A stretch of DNA of 42,057 nt, taken from IMG/VR virus record IMGVR_UViG_3300017912_002071, positions 1 through 42,057 of that record; one strand, 5' to 3'. Position numbers and translations under genes: made by a program. This DNA comes from a virus. Its lineage: Duplodnaviria; Caudoviricetes. The number at the start of each line of letters is the position of its first letter. Within the stretch, counting starts at the first letter, position 1. Below the pieces are notes generated by a model, which was not told where the DNA came from, did not search any database, and saw only the letters and a program-made list of their open reading frames with translations. Positions 1-9,574 of the stretch are shown piece by piece.

Positions 1-714
1 GACTGATTTGTTCAAATGGAATTCTTTTACAGCATCGAACCAATACAATGAAGAGCCAATGAAATTGATTGGACAACTATACAGTTGAGCTCCCGGTGCC
101 CAACCTAATTCTAATCCACCCATCGTTCCTAAAACGTGAGTAGCATGATTACCTGCGGCAGAACTATAGTTAATAGTACTTGCACCACTCATATTAGGCA
201 GAGTATTCCATTGAAGTTGGTTATATCGTGTCACGCCATTTGCATCTTCAAATTGTTCGTGAGTCGGCAAGGCAGAATTACCTTCATGAACTACAAGGTC
301 AACGCCAGTACCGTCTAAATGTCCAGTATAATACTCAGATGATCTAGTGCTAGTTACACTTGATCCCCATCCGTTTGTTGCTTCAATGTGTCTTAACATA
401 CCCCAATTGGCTTGTGTAGTACCACTATTATCTCTTGCCCAACTACTCCTTGGATTCCGTTCAAAGTCTAACATATCATCATCCCATTCAATAGGTTCAT
501 GAACACTATTGACGCGAGGATCATCTCTCAGAGTTACCGCTTCTTCATCTGTGAGTGCCATAGCAAAATGACGTGTGCTACCATTTCGTGGTTCAACAAC
601 ATCAACTGTTCTAGCAGGAACATAGTCATTACCTGACTCAGCTGTCAGCTCATCTTTCAGCTGGTCTTTAGGTTGACCTTTTTCCATTGCTATGATATAT
701 GTTTTTTCTGACAT
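1..714 (-). CDS. Subtilisin-like S8 serine peptidase, N-terminal part (runs off the window; not in the ORF track)
   Basis: Hand translation from ATG at 714 is open to base 1: MSEKTYIIAM...LTDEEAVTLRDDPRVNSV (propeptide-like)...NWGMLRH...LDGTGVDLVVHEG...GNHATHVLGTMGG...GWAPGAQLY, matching the S8 Asp-motif and His-motif (HGTHVAG) regions. Confidence 0.8.
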   Translation of the reverse strand, partial: MSEKTYIIAMEKGQPKDQLKDELTAESGNDYVPARTVDVVEPRNGSTRHFAMALTDEEAVTLRDDPRVNSVHEPIEWDDDMLDFERNPRSSWARDNSGTTQANWGMLRHIEATNGWGSSVTSTRSSEYYTGHLDGTGVDLVVHEGNSALPTHEQFEDANGVTRYNQLQWNTLPNMSGASTINYSSAAGNHATHVLGTMGGLELGWAPGAQLYSCPINFIGSSLYWFDAVKEFHLNKSV

Positions 715-721
715 AGTTTAC

Positions 722-1753
722 CTATACGATGTTGATTGTGTTACCCATACTTGAGTGTGCTGTACATTGATAATACAGTGTTGCAGGAGCACTCATTGGA
801 ACAGTGAATACAATATTACCACTGCTTGCCCCATTGTTTGTAACACCAGTACTATAAGCTGATCCACCACTACTTAATCTAATTTCAAATGGATGCGAAC
901 CACCAGAGTTGTTTACAAAGGTGTATGTTTCACCACGACGTAGATACAACACAGGATCATTTTCTGCAGTTGGAAAGAATCGATTATCAGCAGCAAACAC
1001 ATAATCTGTAGAACCGTTAGCCGTCATTGTAAATGTTCCACCAGGAGTATTATCACTTACAACATCTGCCCAAGCATTTGCTTGATAAGTTTGTAGTGTA
1101 CCAGTAGTTGAGTTATAAACAATCTCACCATTGGCAGCTGAGAGTGCATCACGCTGTCCTGTCGTTAATGTAGCAACTCTGAACCCACCACCATTGTTAC
1201 TATCATCTTTAGATATGGTTACTGATCCACCAGCTTTCAATACTAAATTGCTGTTTGCGGTTACTGTTGGTGTTCCAGTGGTTGTAGTATCAAAAGGTCC
1301 ATTTACTGTCAGACCTGCAAACACTGCACTATCTGTTGTGTTCAAATCTTGATCAAATGGATTTCCTCCACCACCTCCTCCACTGCCAGCAGAGTCATTA
1401 CCAGGAACGAATGTACTTGATCCTGCAGCCCACTTCAATACTTGACCGTTTTGTATTCCTGATATATCAACATTAGTAAGATCATTTATTCCTTTAGAAA
1501 CCAAGTTGTTGATATATGTTGCATCAATCAATGCTGTAGTTGCAGCAGAATCGATCCCACCGTTTGCTTGAACTATAGCTGTTACAGCAGCTGAGTCTAA
1601 TATTGACTGAGCATTATCTAATGCCGTTGCAATACTTGTTATCTGAGCAGAGTCTAAGATTGTTGCAGTTTCTGCTTGTAATGTGGTAAAGTTGGCATCG
1701 AGTTCGGAGTGGGTCAATGCCGAGCCTTTTACATTTCTTAATGTTACTACCAT
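722..1753 (-). CDS. Virion structural/fibre protein with C-terminal cupredoxin-like domain
   Basis: N-terminal LRNVKGSALTHSELDANF fibre-type motif, DSA repeats, poly-Gly linker, C-terminal HPFEI...LYYQCTAHSSMG; lies downstream of baseplate genes. Confidence 0.7.
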   Translation of the reverse strand: MVVTLRNVKGSALTHSELDANFTTLQAETATILDSAQITSIATALDNAQSILDSAAVTAIVQANGGIDSAATTALIDATYINNLVSKGINDLTNVDISGIQNGQVLKWAAGSSTFVPGNDSAGSGGGGGGNPFDQDLNTTDSAVFAGLTVNGPFDTTTTGTPTVTANSNLVLKAGGSVTISKDDSNNGGGFRVATLTTGQRDALSAANGEIVYNSTTGTLQTYQANAWADVVSDNTPGGTFTMTANGSTDYVFAADNRFFPTAENDPVLYLRRGETYTFVNNSGGSHPFEIRLSSGGSAYSTGVTNNGASSGNIVFTVPMSAPATLYYQCTAHSSMGNTINIV

Positions 1754-1763
1754 TTTTTACCTC

Positions 1764-2804
1764 TTATGGTGTTAGTTCTACATAATCGTTATTGACATAT
1801 CCCTCAAACATATATTCTTGGGTAAGTGAGTCATACGATCTTGTATAGTATGTGTTTTGATCCATCGTCTCTGCATTGTTATCCATTCTAATAACATATG
1901 GATAGAATTGTGGATTACTATCATCATCAAATGTTGGAGAGTTGACATGCATAACATTTTCAATATCTCCATATGTTGCTTCTAGTTGTGCTGCAGTAAA
2001 GTCAACATATTTCGCAACTCTAGCATGTAAGCTAATATATGCTGCTGCTGTATCAGAATCATTACCATCATCTAAGATACCTGTCATGTCTACAAGATGA
2101 TGACCAAATGTAGCTGTTGCAACGCCTTCTACCAATAGACTTGGTGGTGGTGCTGGAATCACTTCTGGCATGATTCTGTTTACAAATGGATTCTCTCCAA
2201 GGCCCCACAGAACTGCATCTTGTTCAATTTGAACAGCACCTCCCAAGAACCAACCAGCTGGATGAACAAACGTCTTATATAATTCTCTCCATTGGTTAAT
2301 TGGAATAGGTGATTTAATGAACACAGAAAAGATCTGATATAAACCATAATTAAGAATATACTTTAATGATTCAATTCCAATTTCAGATTCACCAACAATA
2401 AAAATATTATCTCTAGGATATTCAATCTGAACATCTGTATTGAAGAAAGCTCTAAAGAATCCTTCTGCAGAATATTTTGTGCCTTTGACTCTATAGAAGT
2501 TTGCAAAGTTTCTTAGAACTTCTCTCGGGTCTGTAAAGTATTCTCGAGAAGCTCCTGAAGCAATCTCCATAAAGATTTTATCAAGTTGCTCAACATCTGC
2601 TCGTTCAATGTCTCTGATTGCATAAAGATCCTTTAACAAAGAAAGATATTCATCTTGGTTTACATATTCATAGTACCCTTCTAAAAAAGCAATTAGATTA
2701 GGATAGTCAGTTGCAAAGTGTTCTGGTAACACTTGTTTTACCAAGTCAGTTTGCAAGTTCAGAACAGACCGATCAAAGTCTGATATGTTATATGCGTCTG
2801 CCAT
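1764..2804 (-). CDS. Baseplate wedge subunit, gp7-like
   Basis: LPEHFATDYPNLIAFLEGYYEY, FYRVKGT...FFRAFF, YQIFS...FVHPAG motifs; follows gp6. Confidence 0.7.
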   Translation of the reverse strand: MADAYNISDFDRSVLNLQTDLVKQVLPEHFATDYPNLIAFLEGYYEYVNQDEYLSLLKDLYAIRDIERADVEQLDKIFMEIASGASREYFTDPREVLRNFANFYRVKGTKYSAEGFFRAFFNTDVQIEYPRDNIFIVGESEIGIESLKYILNYGLYQIFSVFIKSPIPINQWRELYKTFVHPAGWFLGGAVQIEQDAVLWGLGENPFVNRIMPEVIPAPPPSLLVEGVATATFGHHLVDMTGILDDGNDSDTAAAYISLHARVAKYVDFTAAQLEATYGDIENVMHVNSPTFDDDSNPQFYPYVIRMDNNAETMDQNTYYTRSYDSLTQEYMFEGYVNNDYVELTP

Positions 2805-2807
2805 AAA

Positions 2808-4655
2808 TTACAAGCTCACTTGTAGTGTTTGTCTGTCTATAATACCTGAAGCAAAAGAAATATCATTATCAATGTTAATTATATAATTTCTTAATGGTCT
2901 GATTGTACCTTGGTTTGCAGGAACAGCTGAGAACTTAATAAAGTTGTTACCAGTTGTAATTTGCTGAGGTTCAAAACCTACAAGACTGATTGTACCCTTA
3001 TCTGGATCATAAGATCCAATATTATCAATAATAGTTTGACCAATTGCATCAACAATTTGCAGTTTATTACTCGCTAATGTATTTTGAATAGAACAAGGTT
3101 TGTCGTTAAAGATGAATGTGGATGATCTAATAATAATATTAACGTCATCTGGTTCTGCTATTTTTACTGGGAAAGGTATTTCATATGATATTGACTCATT
3201 CAGTATTGGCACAAGCCTTTGTTGCATTTTTACATCAATCGACGAGTTCAAGATTGCTTCACTCTGATCATCAATGATAGCCAAAAGATCAGAACGTCTC
3301 CATACCTTACCAAACGCTTTTAGATTATCATCAAAATATTGTCTGATTAACGGAAGTACTTGATCTTCTGTTGCCTGAACCGTAAGTCCAGATAGCGATG
3401 GATCAAAGTTAAATGTACAACCAACTTCTAAGAATGTCTCGACAGGATCAGAGAAGATAGTATCAACAGCCATAATTGATAGGTTGTCTGTAATATTAGC
3501 AACAATACTATCCTTAACCGCTTGCTTCTGATCATCAGATGTTCCATCCTGGAATGCTAGACTTACATATGCACAGCCATACTTTGGTGGCACATTGTCT
3601 TCACCACCCCATGCGGTTGCATCAGTAACAGCTGAATAGTTTTGAATAATAACAGCTTTGTAATCATCTGCTGTTACAAGTCTTTGTTGAGTTGCAAATG
3701 CAATAGGAGCATTCGATCTAATTGATTCAAGACTTTGTCTTTCTGCACCTGAATTGGAATTGGAAACAGTCACAACATCAAGTGATTTATTAACAGTTGT
3801 ACTTCCAGACGGAACAGCTATTGTCTGTGCAGGATTGAAAATAGCAGCACCGTTAGCTACTGCACCTTCAGCTGAAAGATAATCAACAGTAATCTTATTG
3901 CCTGCACTAGGCGAACGTCCAAATGAAATACCATCACCAAAGTTTAGTTCATAGTTACCGTTTGGTGATTCAGATAATTGATAAAATGTTGATTCGGAAG
4001 TAACAGCTGTTGCCGTGTTTATATTTGCGTATGTTGTAAATGCTGATGTAGTAACAGAATCATATACTCTAACAATAGCAGTAGATGTATCAATTGTTTG
4101 ATCTGGAATTACATAAAGTTGTCTTTCACCAACCTCTCCAACAATAAAGGTTTTTATTCGAGGCGTACCTTCATAAATTAAAATGTTACTGTTGCCTTCT
4201 CCATCTTTAAATGTATACACACCATTACCATCATCTGTTGCATAATGTGTTTGTCTGGTTTGGAAGGTATAAGTTACGTCCCCAACAGCTGCTTGGAATG
4301 TAAATCCGGATGGTAATGCAATTGTATTAGGTCTATTAATAACACTCAATAGATTAACAGATATACCAACAGTAGCTCTTGATGCAGTTCTTGATCTGAT
4401 GTTATATCCCAAAGATGTTGCATGAGCAACAACAGAACTTCTTAGCTGTGCGGTGGATAGAAATGATTCGTTCAACGCAAAGTTTGCAGTTAGAGCATTA
4501 TAGTGAGTGTTATATGCAAGAACATCTAAGATGTTACTAATACCAGAAGCCTCGAAGTTAAAATCAGAAAACTCTGACTTTGCAGCAAAGTGTGTTTTCA
4601 ATTGATTTTTAATATTATCAAAGTCTAGTTTACTTGATTGAATATTTACTGCCAT
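2808..4655 (-). CDS. gp6: Baseplate wedge subunit gp6
   Basis: LDFDNIK..L, DFNFEASG...LDVLAYNTHY, NESFL.TAQLRSSVV, QQRLVTADDY, AWGGEDN.PP.YG motifs. Confidence 0.95.
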   Translation of the reverse strand: MAVNIQSSKLDFDNIKNQLKTHFAAKSEFSDFNFEASGISNILDVLAYNTHYNALTANFALNESFLSTAQLRSSVVAHATSLGYNIRSRTASRATVGISVNLLSVINRPNTIALPSGFTFQAAVGDVTYTFQTRQTHYATDDGNGVYTFKDGEGNSNILIYEGTPRIKTFIVGEVGERQLYVIPDQTIDTSTAIVRVYDSVTTSAFTTYANINTATAVTSESTFYQLSESPNGNYELNFGDGISFGRSPSAGNKITVDYLSAEGAVANGAAIFNPAQTIAVPSGSTTVNKSLDVVTVSNSNSGAERQSLESIRSNAPIAFATQQRLVTADDYKAVIIQNYSAVTDATAWGGEDNVPPKYGCAYVSLAFQDGTSDDQKQAVKDSIVANITDNLSIMAVDTIFSDPVETFLEVGCTFNFDPSLSGLTVQATEDQVLPLIRQYFDDNLKAFGKVWRRSDLLAIIDDQSEAILNSSIDVKMQQRLVPILNESISYEIPFPVKIAEPDDVNIIIRSSTFIFNDKPCSIQNTLASNKLQIVDAIGQTIIDNIGSYDPDKGTISLVGFEPQQITTGNNFIKFSAVPANQGTIRPLRNYIINIDNDISFASGIIDRQTLQVSL

Positions 4656-5105
4656 TTATCTCAACCTCGATAGCGTTGTTTCTAATGTAGCGACTTCACT
4701 TGTGTTAATAACTTTAAATTCAATACCAACAAATATCTCATTACGATCAAGATTGTTTTGAATATTGATAGTTAAAATTTGTGCTCTGGGTTCGTAGTTT
4801 GAAACCGCTATTCTTATATTGTTTTCAAGTTCTTGGGTAGTAGATGTAGTTGCGTTTTCAAACAGCAATACTCCTAAGTTTCCACCTAGTATAGGTCTGA
4901 AAGGCCTCTCACCCAATCCTGTCATTAATAGATTCTTTATGGATTGTTTAACAGCAGCTGCATCAGTCTTCTTATAGATGTCACCATTTGGCTTAGCAAG
5001 AAACGCTAAGTCAATATCTTTGTACGCTTTGTCTCGTGAAGATATGATTGACCCACCAGACGATAGGTTTCCATCTTCTACTGATAATGCTCTTGTAACT
5101 GCCAT
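4656..5105 (-). CDS. gp25: Baseplate wedge subunit gp25
   Basis: YKDIDL.F, AVKQSIKNLLMT..GERPF.P..G, YEPRA motifs; directly upstream of gp6. Confidence 0.95.
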   Translation of the reverse strand: MAVTRALSVEDGNLSSGGSIISSRDKAYKDIDLAFLAKPNGDIYKKTDAAAVKQSIKNLLMTGLGERPFRPILGGNLGVLLFENATTSTTQELENNIRIAVSNYEPRAQILTINIQNNLDRNEIFVGIEFKVINTSEVATLETTLSRLR

Positions 5106-5126
5106 TGTCTTTCCAAATCTTTGGTT

Positions 5127-5134
5127 TATTTATA
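5127..5134 (-). promoter_or_regulatory. T4-type late promoter TATAAATA for the gp25-gp6 operon
   Basis: Exact TATAAATA on the minus strand about 20 nt upstream of the gp25 start. Confidence 0.8.
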
Positions 5135-5142
5135 TGTTTTTT

Positions 5143-7128
5143 CTAAGACTTAATCTCTACTAGACTATTAGCAGACTGCACATTTCCATTAAATAATGTC
5201 TTAATTTGTTTTTTATATTTCGTATCAAAGTCTACAGGCATGTTAGGTTGAACAACAATAACATGAGCTTCTAACTTACCTGTTGGATCAAACTTATCAT
5301 AATCAAGGATAAGTTGATCATATTGAATATTGTCTTTCCAATATACAGCCATATCAAACATACCTGGGATATCTGGTCGACCATCTAAACCCAACAGCTG
5401 ATACACAACTACTTGTCCATTAGTCGCTAGTTGATTTAAACTATCCGCCTCCAACTTCTCAGCTGCACCTTGCTTATACAACCCTTCAACAACTATTAGT
5501 CGTTTATCTTTAAACTTACCTTCATTAACATTAATCCGACGAACAGCTTCTGCTTGTGGAGATAAGTTCCGCGCAACTTGTCTACGCTCAGCTGCTGTTA
5601 AATGATTGAGGTTTGTCTTTTCACCTTTACCACCTAAGAACTTAGCTAACGGAACACCTTTAGCTAATTTTAATCCAGCATTAATAACTTTTGCATTTTC
5701 CGGATTGTACAATGAGCTTGGCATATATTTTAAGTTGTTTGATGGATTAGGTGTAAATGTTGACTTAGCCATGACTAATGATTTACCAGCTGGTCCAATA
5801 AACACTTCGTGTGATTGCTTAGAAGGATTAGGACCTTCTACTCTACCAATACTGCTAGGAGATGCTGTGGGGTATTCTGGATTAAGTTTACCTGCTGCAA
5901 TCTGTGATGCTGTAAACTCAGTATTATTCAGTGTACCGTTATCTCTTAATTTTGACCTTACTTCACCAGTTGTCAACGGTTTATTTGTAACATTACCAGT
6001 ACCAATAGTTCTATCCAATGAGTTAAGGAGCTTGTCGTCCACATCTACTTTTACTTTTGGAGCTCCATACGCACCTTCATCTAAATATTTGTTTAAAAGT
6101 GTGGAAGTTGGAATTGCTGTTGCTTCTTCATCAACAGCTGTATTTGTTATTGATCCACCTGAAGTAACATTTTCACCATAAGACTGTGATCTTGTTACTG
6201 CTGATGCTCCATTTAAGTCTCCATGGAAAGTTTCTGCTTGCATTGAGGTTGCATAAACCGTTTGACCAGCATACATATTCCGTGTATACATAATCATATT
6301 TTCACCACCCATAGTACCTGTAGCACCAAACACAGACAAGTTGGTAGCAGCAATATTAATGTCTGGTGAAGACATAAGAGTTCTTTCTTCAGATGATATT
6401 TTAAACTGACCTGATGATGAACATATAACTTCACCTTCTGTTATATTTTTTCTTTCACCCTTTACAACATCAGTGACACCACCTAGTTGAGTTACAACTT
6501 TAGAACCTTTTGTAGTTTCTGATCTTGGGCCCATTGCAACACTAGCAACAGGTCCACGAGTTGTATTTCTATGAGAGCCATCAATACCTTCTTTAAGATC
6601 ACCAGCAACAAAGACGTTATAGTTCCCACCAACATCTAAATTATAGTCACCTGTCACTTCTACATTTAGGTTTCCGTTATATTGAATATTAGCATTACCT
6701 TCAATCTGAACATTTTCGTCACCTTGGACAACAGTAATTCTATTTGCGGTTGTGTTAATAACAATGGTACCATCCGAACGCATCTCAATTCCAGCACCAG
6801 TACGATGTCTGATTAGAATACGTTCACCACCTGCTGTATCATCTATTTCAATCACATGACCTGATTGAGATTCATTAACATTATTTCTTGTTGGATCAGA
6901 TGTTAATCCTGTATCAATATTATCTTGACCTTCAACTCCTCCATTGAGTTTTAGATCGTTGCGCTTTGCACCACGGGTAGCTTTGTTGATAGACGACTCA
7001 TACCAATAATCAGCACGAGGAAACTCACCAGTAGGATCATCGCTTCCTCTACGTAGCACTCCTGCTTTCTCAGCTTGTTCGCCTAATAGTTTGATATTGG
7101 CGCCTAGTTCATCATTTTCAGTAGTCAT
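5143..7128 (-). CDS. gp5 C-terminal-like baseplate spike protein (beta-helix repeats) with a C-terminal extension
   Basis: ESQSGHVIEIDDTAGGERI..RHRTG..IEM..DG followed by V.G(D/N) repeats typical of the gp5/VgrG needle. Confidence 0.85.
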   Translation of the reverse strand: MTTENDELGANIKLLGEQAEKAGVLRRGSDDPTGEFPRADYWYESSINKATRGAKRNDLKLNGGVEGQDNIDTGLTSDPTRNNVNESQSGHVIEIDDTAGGERILIRHRTGAGIEMRSDGTIVINTTANRITVVQGDENVQIEGNANIQYNGNLNVEVTGDYNLDVGGNYNVFVAGDLKEGIDGSHRNTTRGPVASVAMGPRSETTKGSKVVTQLGGVTDVVKGERKNITEGEVICSSSGQFKISSEERTLMSSPDINIAATNLSVFGATGTMGGENMIMYTRNMYAGQTVYATSMQAETFHGDLNGASAVTRSQSYGENVTSGGSITNTAVDEEATAIPTSTLLNKYLDEGAYGAPKVKVDVDDKLLNSLDRTIGTGNVTNKPLTTGEVRSKLRDNGTLNNTEFTASQIAAGKLNPEYPTASPSSIGRVEGPNPSKQSHEVFIGPAGKSLVMAKSTFTPNPSNNLKYMPSSLYNPENAKVINAGLKLAKGVPLAKFLGGKGEKTNLNHLTAAERRQVARNLSPQAEAVRRINVNEGKFKDKRLIVVEGLYKQGAAEKLEADSLNQLATNGQVVVYQLLGLDGRPDIPGMFDMAVYWKDNIQYDQLILDYDKFDPTGKLEAHVIVVQPNMPVDFDTKYKKQIKTLFNGNVQSANSLVEIKS

Positions 7129-7136
7129 CTTTTATC

Positions 7137-8702
7137 CTATGCGGTTGCAGTAATTGAAGAAGTTCCTCTTGCCTGAGCAAGCTGGATAGGTGACAACGGT
7201 GAAGATGTTCCTCCGTTTACATTTGTCCTACCAAATTTATTTTCGACATACTGAGGTACATCAAAACCTGGATCTGGCTTTCTACCTGGATCAGTATCGT
7301 TATGACCGAACACTTGTCCACCAGGAAATACTTTATAAAAACATTCGAGATATTTGTCAAATGATTCTATCTGTGCTGCAGTTATTGATTCAGAACCCAC
7401 ATATCTTTCTGGGTTAGGAGTACCAGACAAACAATTATAACCAGCAACAAAAGAAACGCCTATGCTAAAATTATTATGCCCATTGGCTTTTGCATGAGCA
7501 CCTTTAAGATTAATTGGTCGTCCACGTTCTATTGTACCATCTCTGCGAATTACATAATGATAGCTACACCCAGCAAAACCTCTCGATAAAGCAATCTGAT
7601 GCAATTGTCTTGCACCTACACCAAACTGATCAAGATAGTGTGCAGACCAGTGCACAACAGTCTCAGTTATTTCACGGGATGCTGATCTTAATTCTGCTTC
7701 TAGTTCTTCCATACTTGCAAAAGGAGCAAAGGTGTAAGTCGGCGATCCTACAGATCCAGGATTGCCTGAAATCAGTGGTTGAGTATCTAGGCTTGGAGCT
7801 TTCAGAACTTGACCTCCAGGAATGACAGTATTCTCTCCAGCCCATGTAGAAGCTGTTGAACCTACAACAAAATCAGGTAATGATTCAAAAGGATCCAATA
7901 CCCCAACTCTATCTTGCAGTGATGTAGACAATCCTAAGATTGTTGTTTCAATTTCATCAACTGGTCTAGTAGAAATCTTTTTGATTTCATTAATAACAAA
8001 TCCATAATTTTTATCTGAGATTGCTTGAGTTAAAGTTTGAATATCTTCTACTTTTAATTTACCATCAGCAAGATCTTGTAGAATATTACCAATAGGACCG
8101 TCCACTCTATCAGCAATGTCTTCAAGTACACTTGTTATTGCACCACCAATTGCCTGATTCATTTGAGTATTAAACTGACTAATGATTGGTGCAAGTGTCT
8201 GTGAAATCTGTGTAAACAATGCCTGTTTCAATATACTTTGCAAGTTTGGTGATGTTAGTAGTTGTAGCACACCTAACAGTTGATTGAAGTCTTTACCAGT
8301 TGCAAGTGCTAGTAATGCAGCAATAGCTTCAACACCTGAACCTCCAAAGAACTCTACTTTCAATCCACCTTTTGAACCACCCGTTCCTCCAGTAATCAGA
8401 TCAATATCACTAGCTTCTGATCCAACTTCACCCACTAAGTCTGGTTGAAAGCCTGGCACATCTCCAGTTAAGCCAACTAATCCAATCCCTTCAATAACAT
8501 CTGCTTCATATCCCTCATCCACTTCTTGTGTTAATCCTACAACACCACCTACAACCTGGCCAAGTGATGCACCTAAAACAGAAAATTGTTTAGATGTGTT
8601 CTGATCAATGACTTCTTTACCAGCATTGTTTAGATCAGTAACTGGCAATCGTCCTGTTACTGTACTTAATGCACTGTTTAGTTTGTTTAATGATATAGTC
8701 AT
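7137..8702 (-). CDS. Tail-associated N-acetylmuramoyl-L-alanine amidase (Amidase_2, T7 lysozyme/AmpD-like C-terminal domain)
   Basis: VVHWS, YHYVIRRDGTIERGRP, GAHA, SIGV, GHND...KPDPGFDV. Start set at ATG 8702, which overlaps the upstream stop (ATGA). Confidence 0.9.
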   Translation of the reverse strand: MTISLNKLNSALSTVTGRLPVTDLNNAGKEVIDQNTSKQFSVLGASLGQVVGGVVGLTQEVDEGYEADVIEGIGLVGLTGDVPGFQPDLVGEVGSEASDIDLITGGTGGSKGGLKVEFFGGSGVEAIAALLALATGKDFNQLLGVLQLLTSPNLQSILKQALFTQISQTLAPIISQFNTQMNQAIGGAITSVLEDIADRVDGPIGNILQDLADGKLKVEDIQTLTQAISDKNYGFVINEIKKISTRPVDEIETTILGLSTSLQDRVGVLDPFESLPDFVVGSTASTWAGENTVIPGGQVLKAPSLDTQPLISGNPGSVGSPTYTFAPFASMEELEAELRSASREITETVVHWSAHYLDQFGVGARQLHQIALSRGFAGCSYHYVIRRDGTIERGRPINLKGAHAKANGHNNFSIGVSFVAGYNCLSGTPNPERYVGSESITAAQIESFDKYLECFYKVFPGGQVFGHNDTDPGRKPDPGFDVPQYVENKFGRTNVNGGTSSPLSPIQLAQARGTSSITATA

Positions 8703-9574
8703 TTCCAATTCCTCAGTGTAGTAGATTCACTGCCGCCATAATCAAAACCTTCCTTTGAACCAACACCAGCTGGTATTCTACCATACCATGGTGTCCATCC
8801 TTGCTCAACAGCTTTGTCTAATGCAAATCTAATTTGATTAGTTATACCATCTACTGTATTATCGTTGACCAACTTTCTACCAGTTCCAGATTCATAATCG
8901 TTTCCTAGACCACCACCTGTGTATAACTGAAATGGTCCAAATGATGCTTCAAGTCCACCTAACGATCCATTACCAGATCTGGGAATCTGAGATTGGTAGA
9001 CTCCATATCCTTCTGCTCTGTATATTCTGACAGCAACATTAGGATCCATATTACGTTGAAGAGCTTCTGCCCTGATTGTTTTTTCTATATCAGCCTTACT
9101 CATTGCTGGTGCTGCGGTGTAAGAACCACCTGCTGCGTTTGTTGCGCTACTTGTCAGTCCAGCTGCTCGAGCCAATGCAGGATCAACTTGACCAATCCCA
9201 TATCCAATAGAAACTGGATTGCTTCTTTGTGCTTCTTGATATGCTTGTTCTTGTTGTTCAGATGGAACAGAGATGTGTGGTAATGAACCTAACACTAACG
9301 GCAGCTGACTCATTTTGCCATCCATAAAGATCCCAACAACTTGAGCGCCTGGTAGTAGTGCAGGAGCAGACCCAATACCAGAAGTTCCACCAGATGTTGT
9401 TGGAGTCATTACAGTTGCCCAAGGTAAGTCAGCATTCTCTAATTCTATATGACTTGTAGGATGGATACCATGGATCCGGACTTGTACTCTTCGCAACAAT
9501 GCAGGATCCTGATGATTAACAACAGTTCCTATAAACCAACGGACATTATCTCCATAGAATGAATAGTCTTCCAT
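8699..9574 (-). CDS. gp5: gp5 N-terminal OB-fold protein with a C-terminal lysozyme/transglycosylase-like domain
   Basis: WFIGTV...DP...RVQVRIHGIH...LPWA...VVGIFMDG...QLPLVLG (gp5 OB fold); C-terminal IRAEA...AVRIYRAEG...GPFQL...GWTPW. Confidence 0.85.
   Translation of the reverse strand: MEDYSFYGDNVRWFIGTVVNHQDPALLRRVQVRIHGIHPTSHIELENADLPWATVMTPTTSGGTSGIGSAPALLPGAQVVGIFMDGKMSQLPLVLGSLPHISVPSEQQEQAYQEAQRSNPVSIGYGIGQVDPALARAAGLTSSATNAAGGSYTAAPAMSKADIEKTIRAEALQRNMDPNVAVRIYRAEGYGVYQSQIPRSGNGSLGGLEASFGPFQLYTGGGLGNDYESGTGRKLVNDNTVDGITNQIRFALDKAVEQGWTPWYGRIPAGVGSKEGFDYGGSESTTLRNWK

Noticed and set aside
5606-6181. 191 aa + strand ORF inside the needle gene, and similar antisense ORFs across the window
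   Set aside because: Fully nested antisense to well-supported genes, with no recognisable features.
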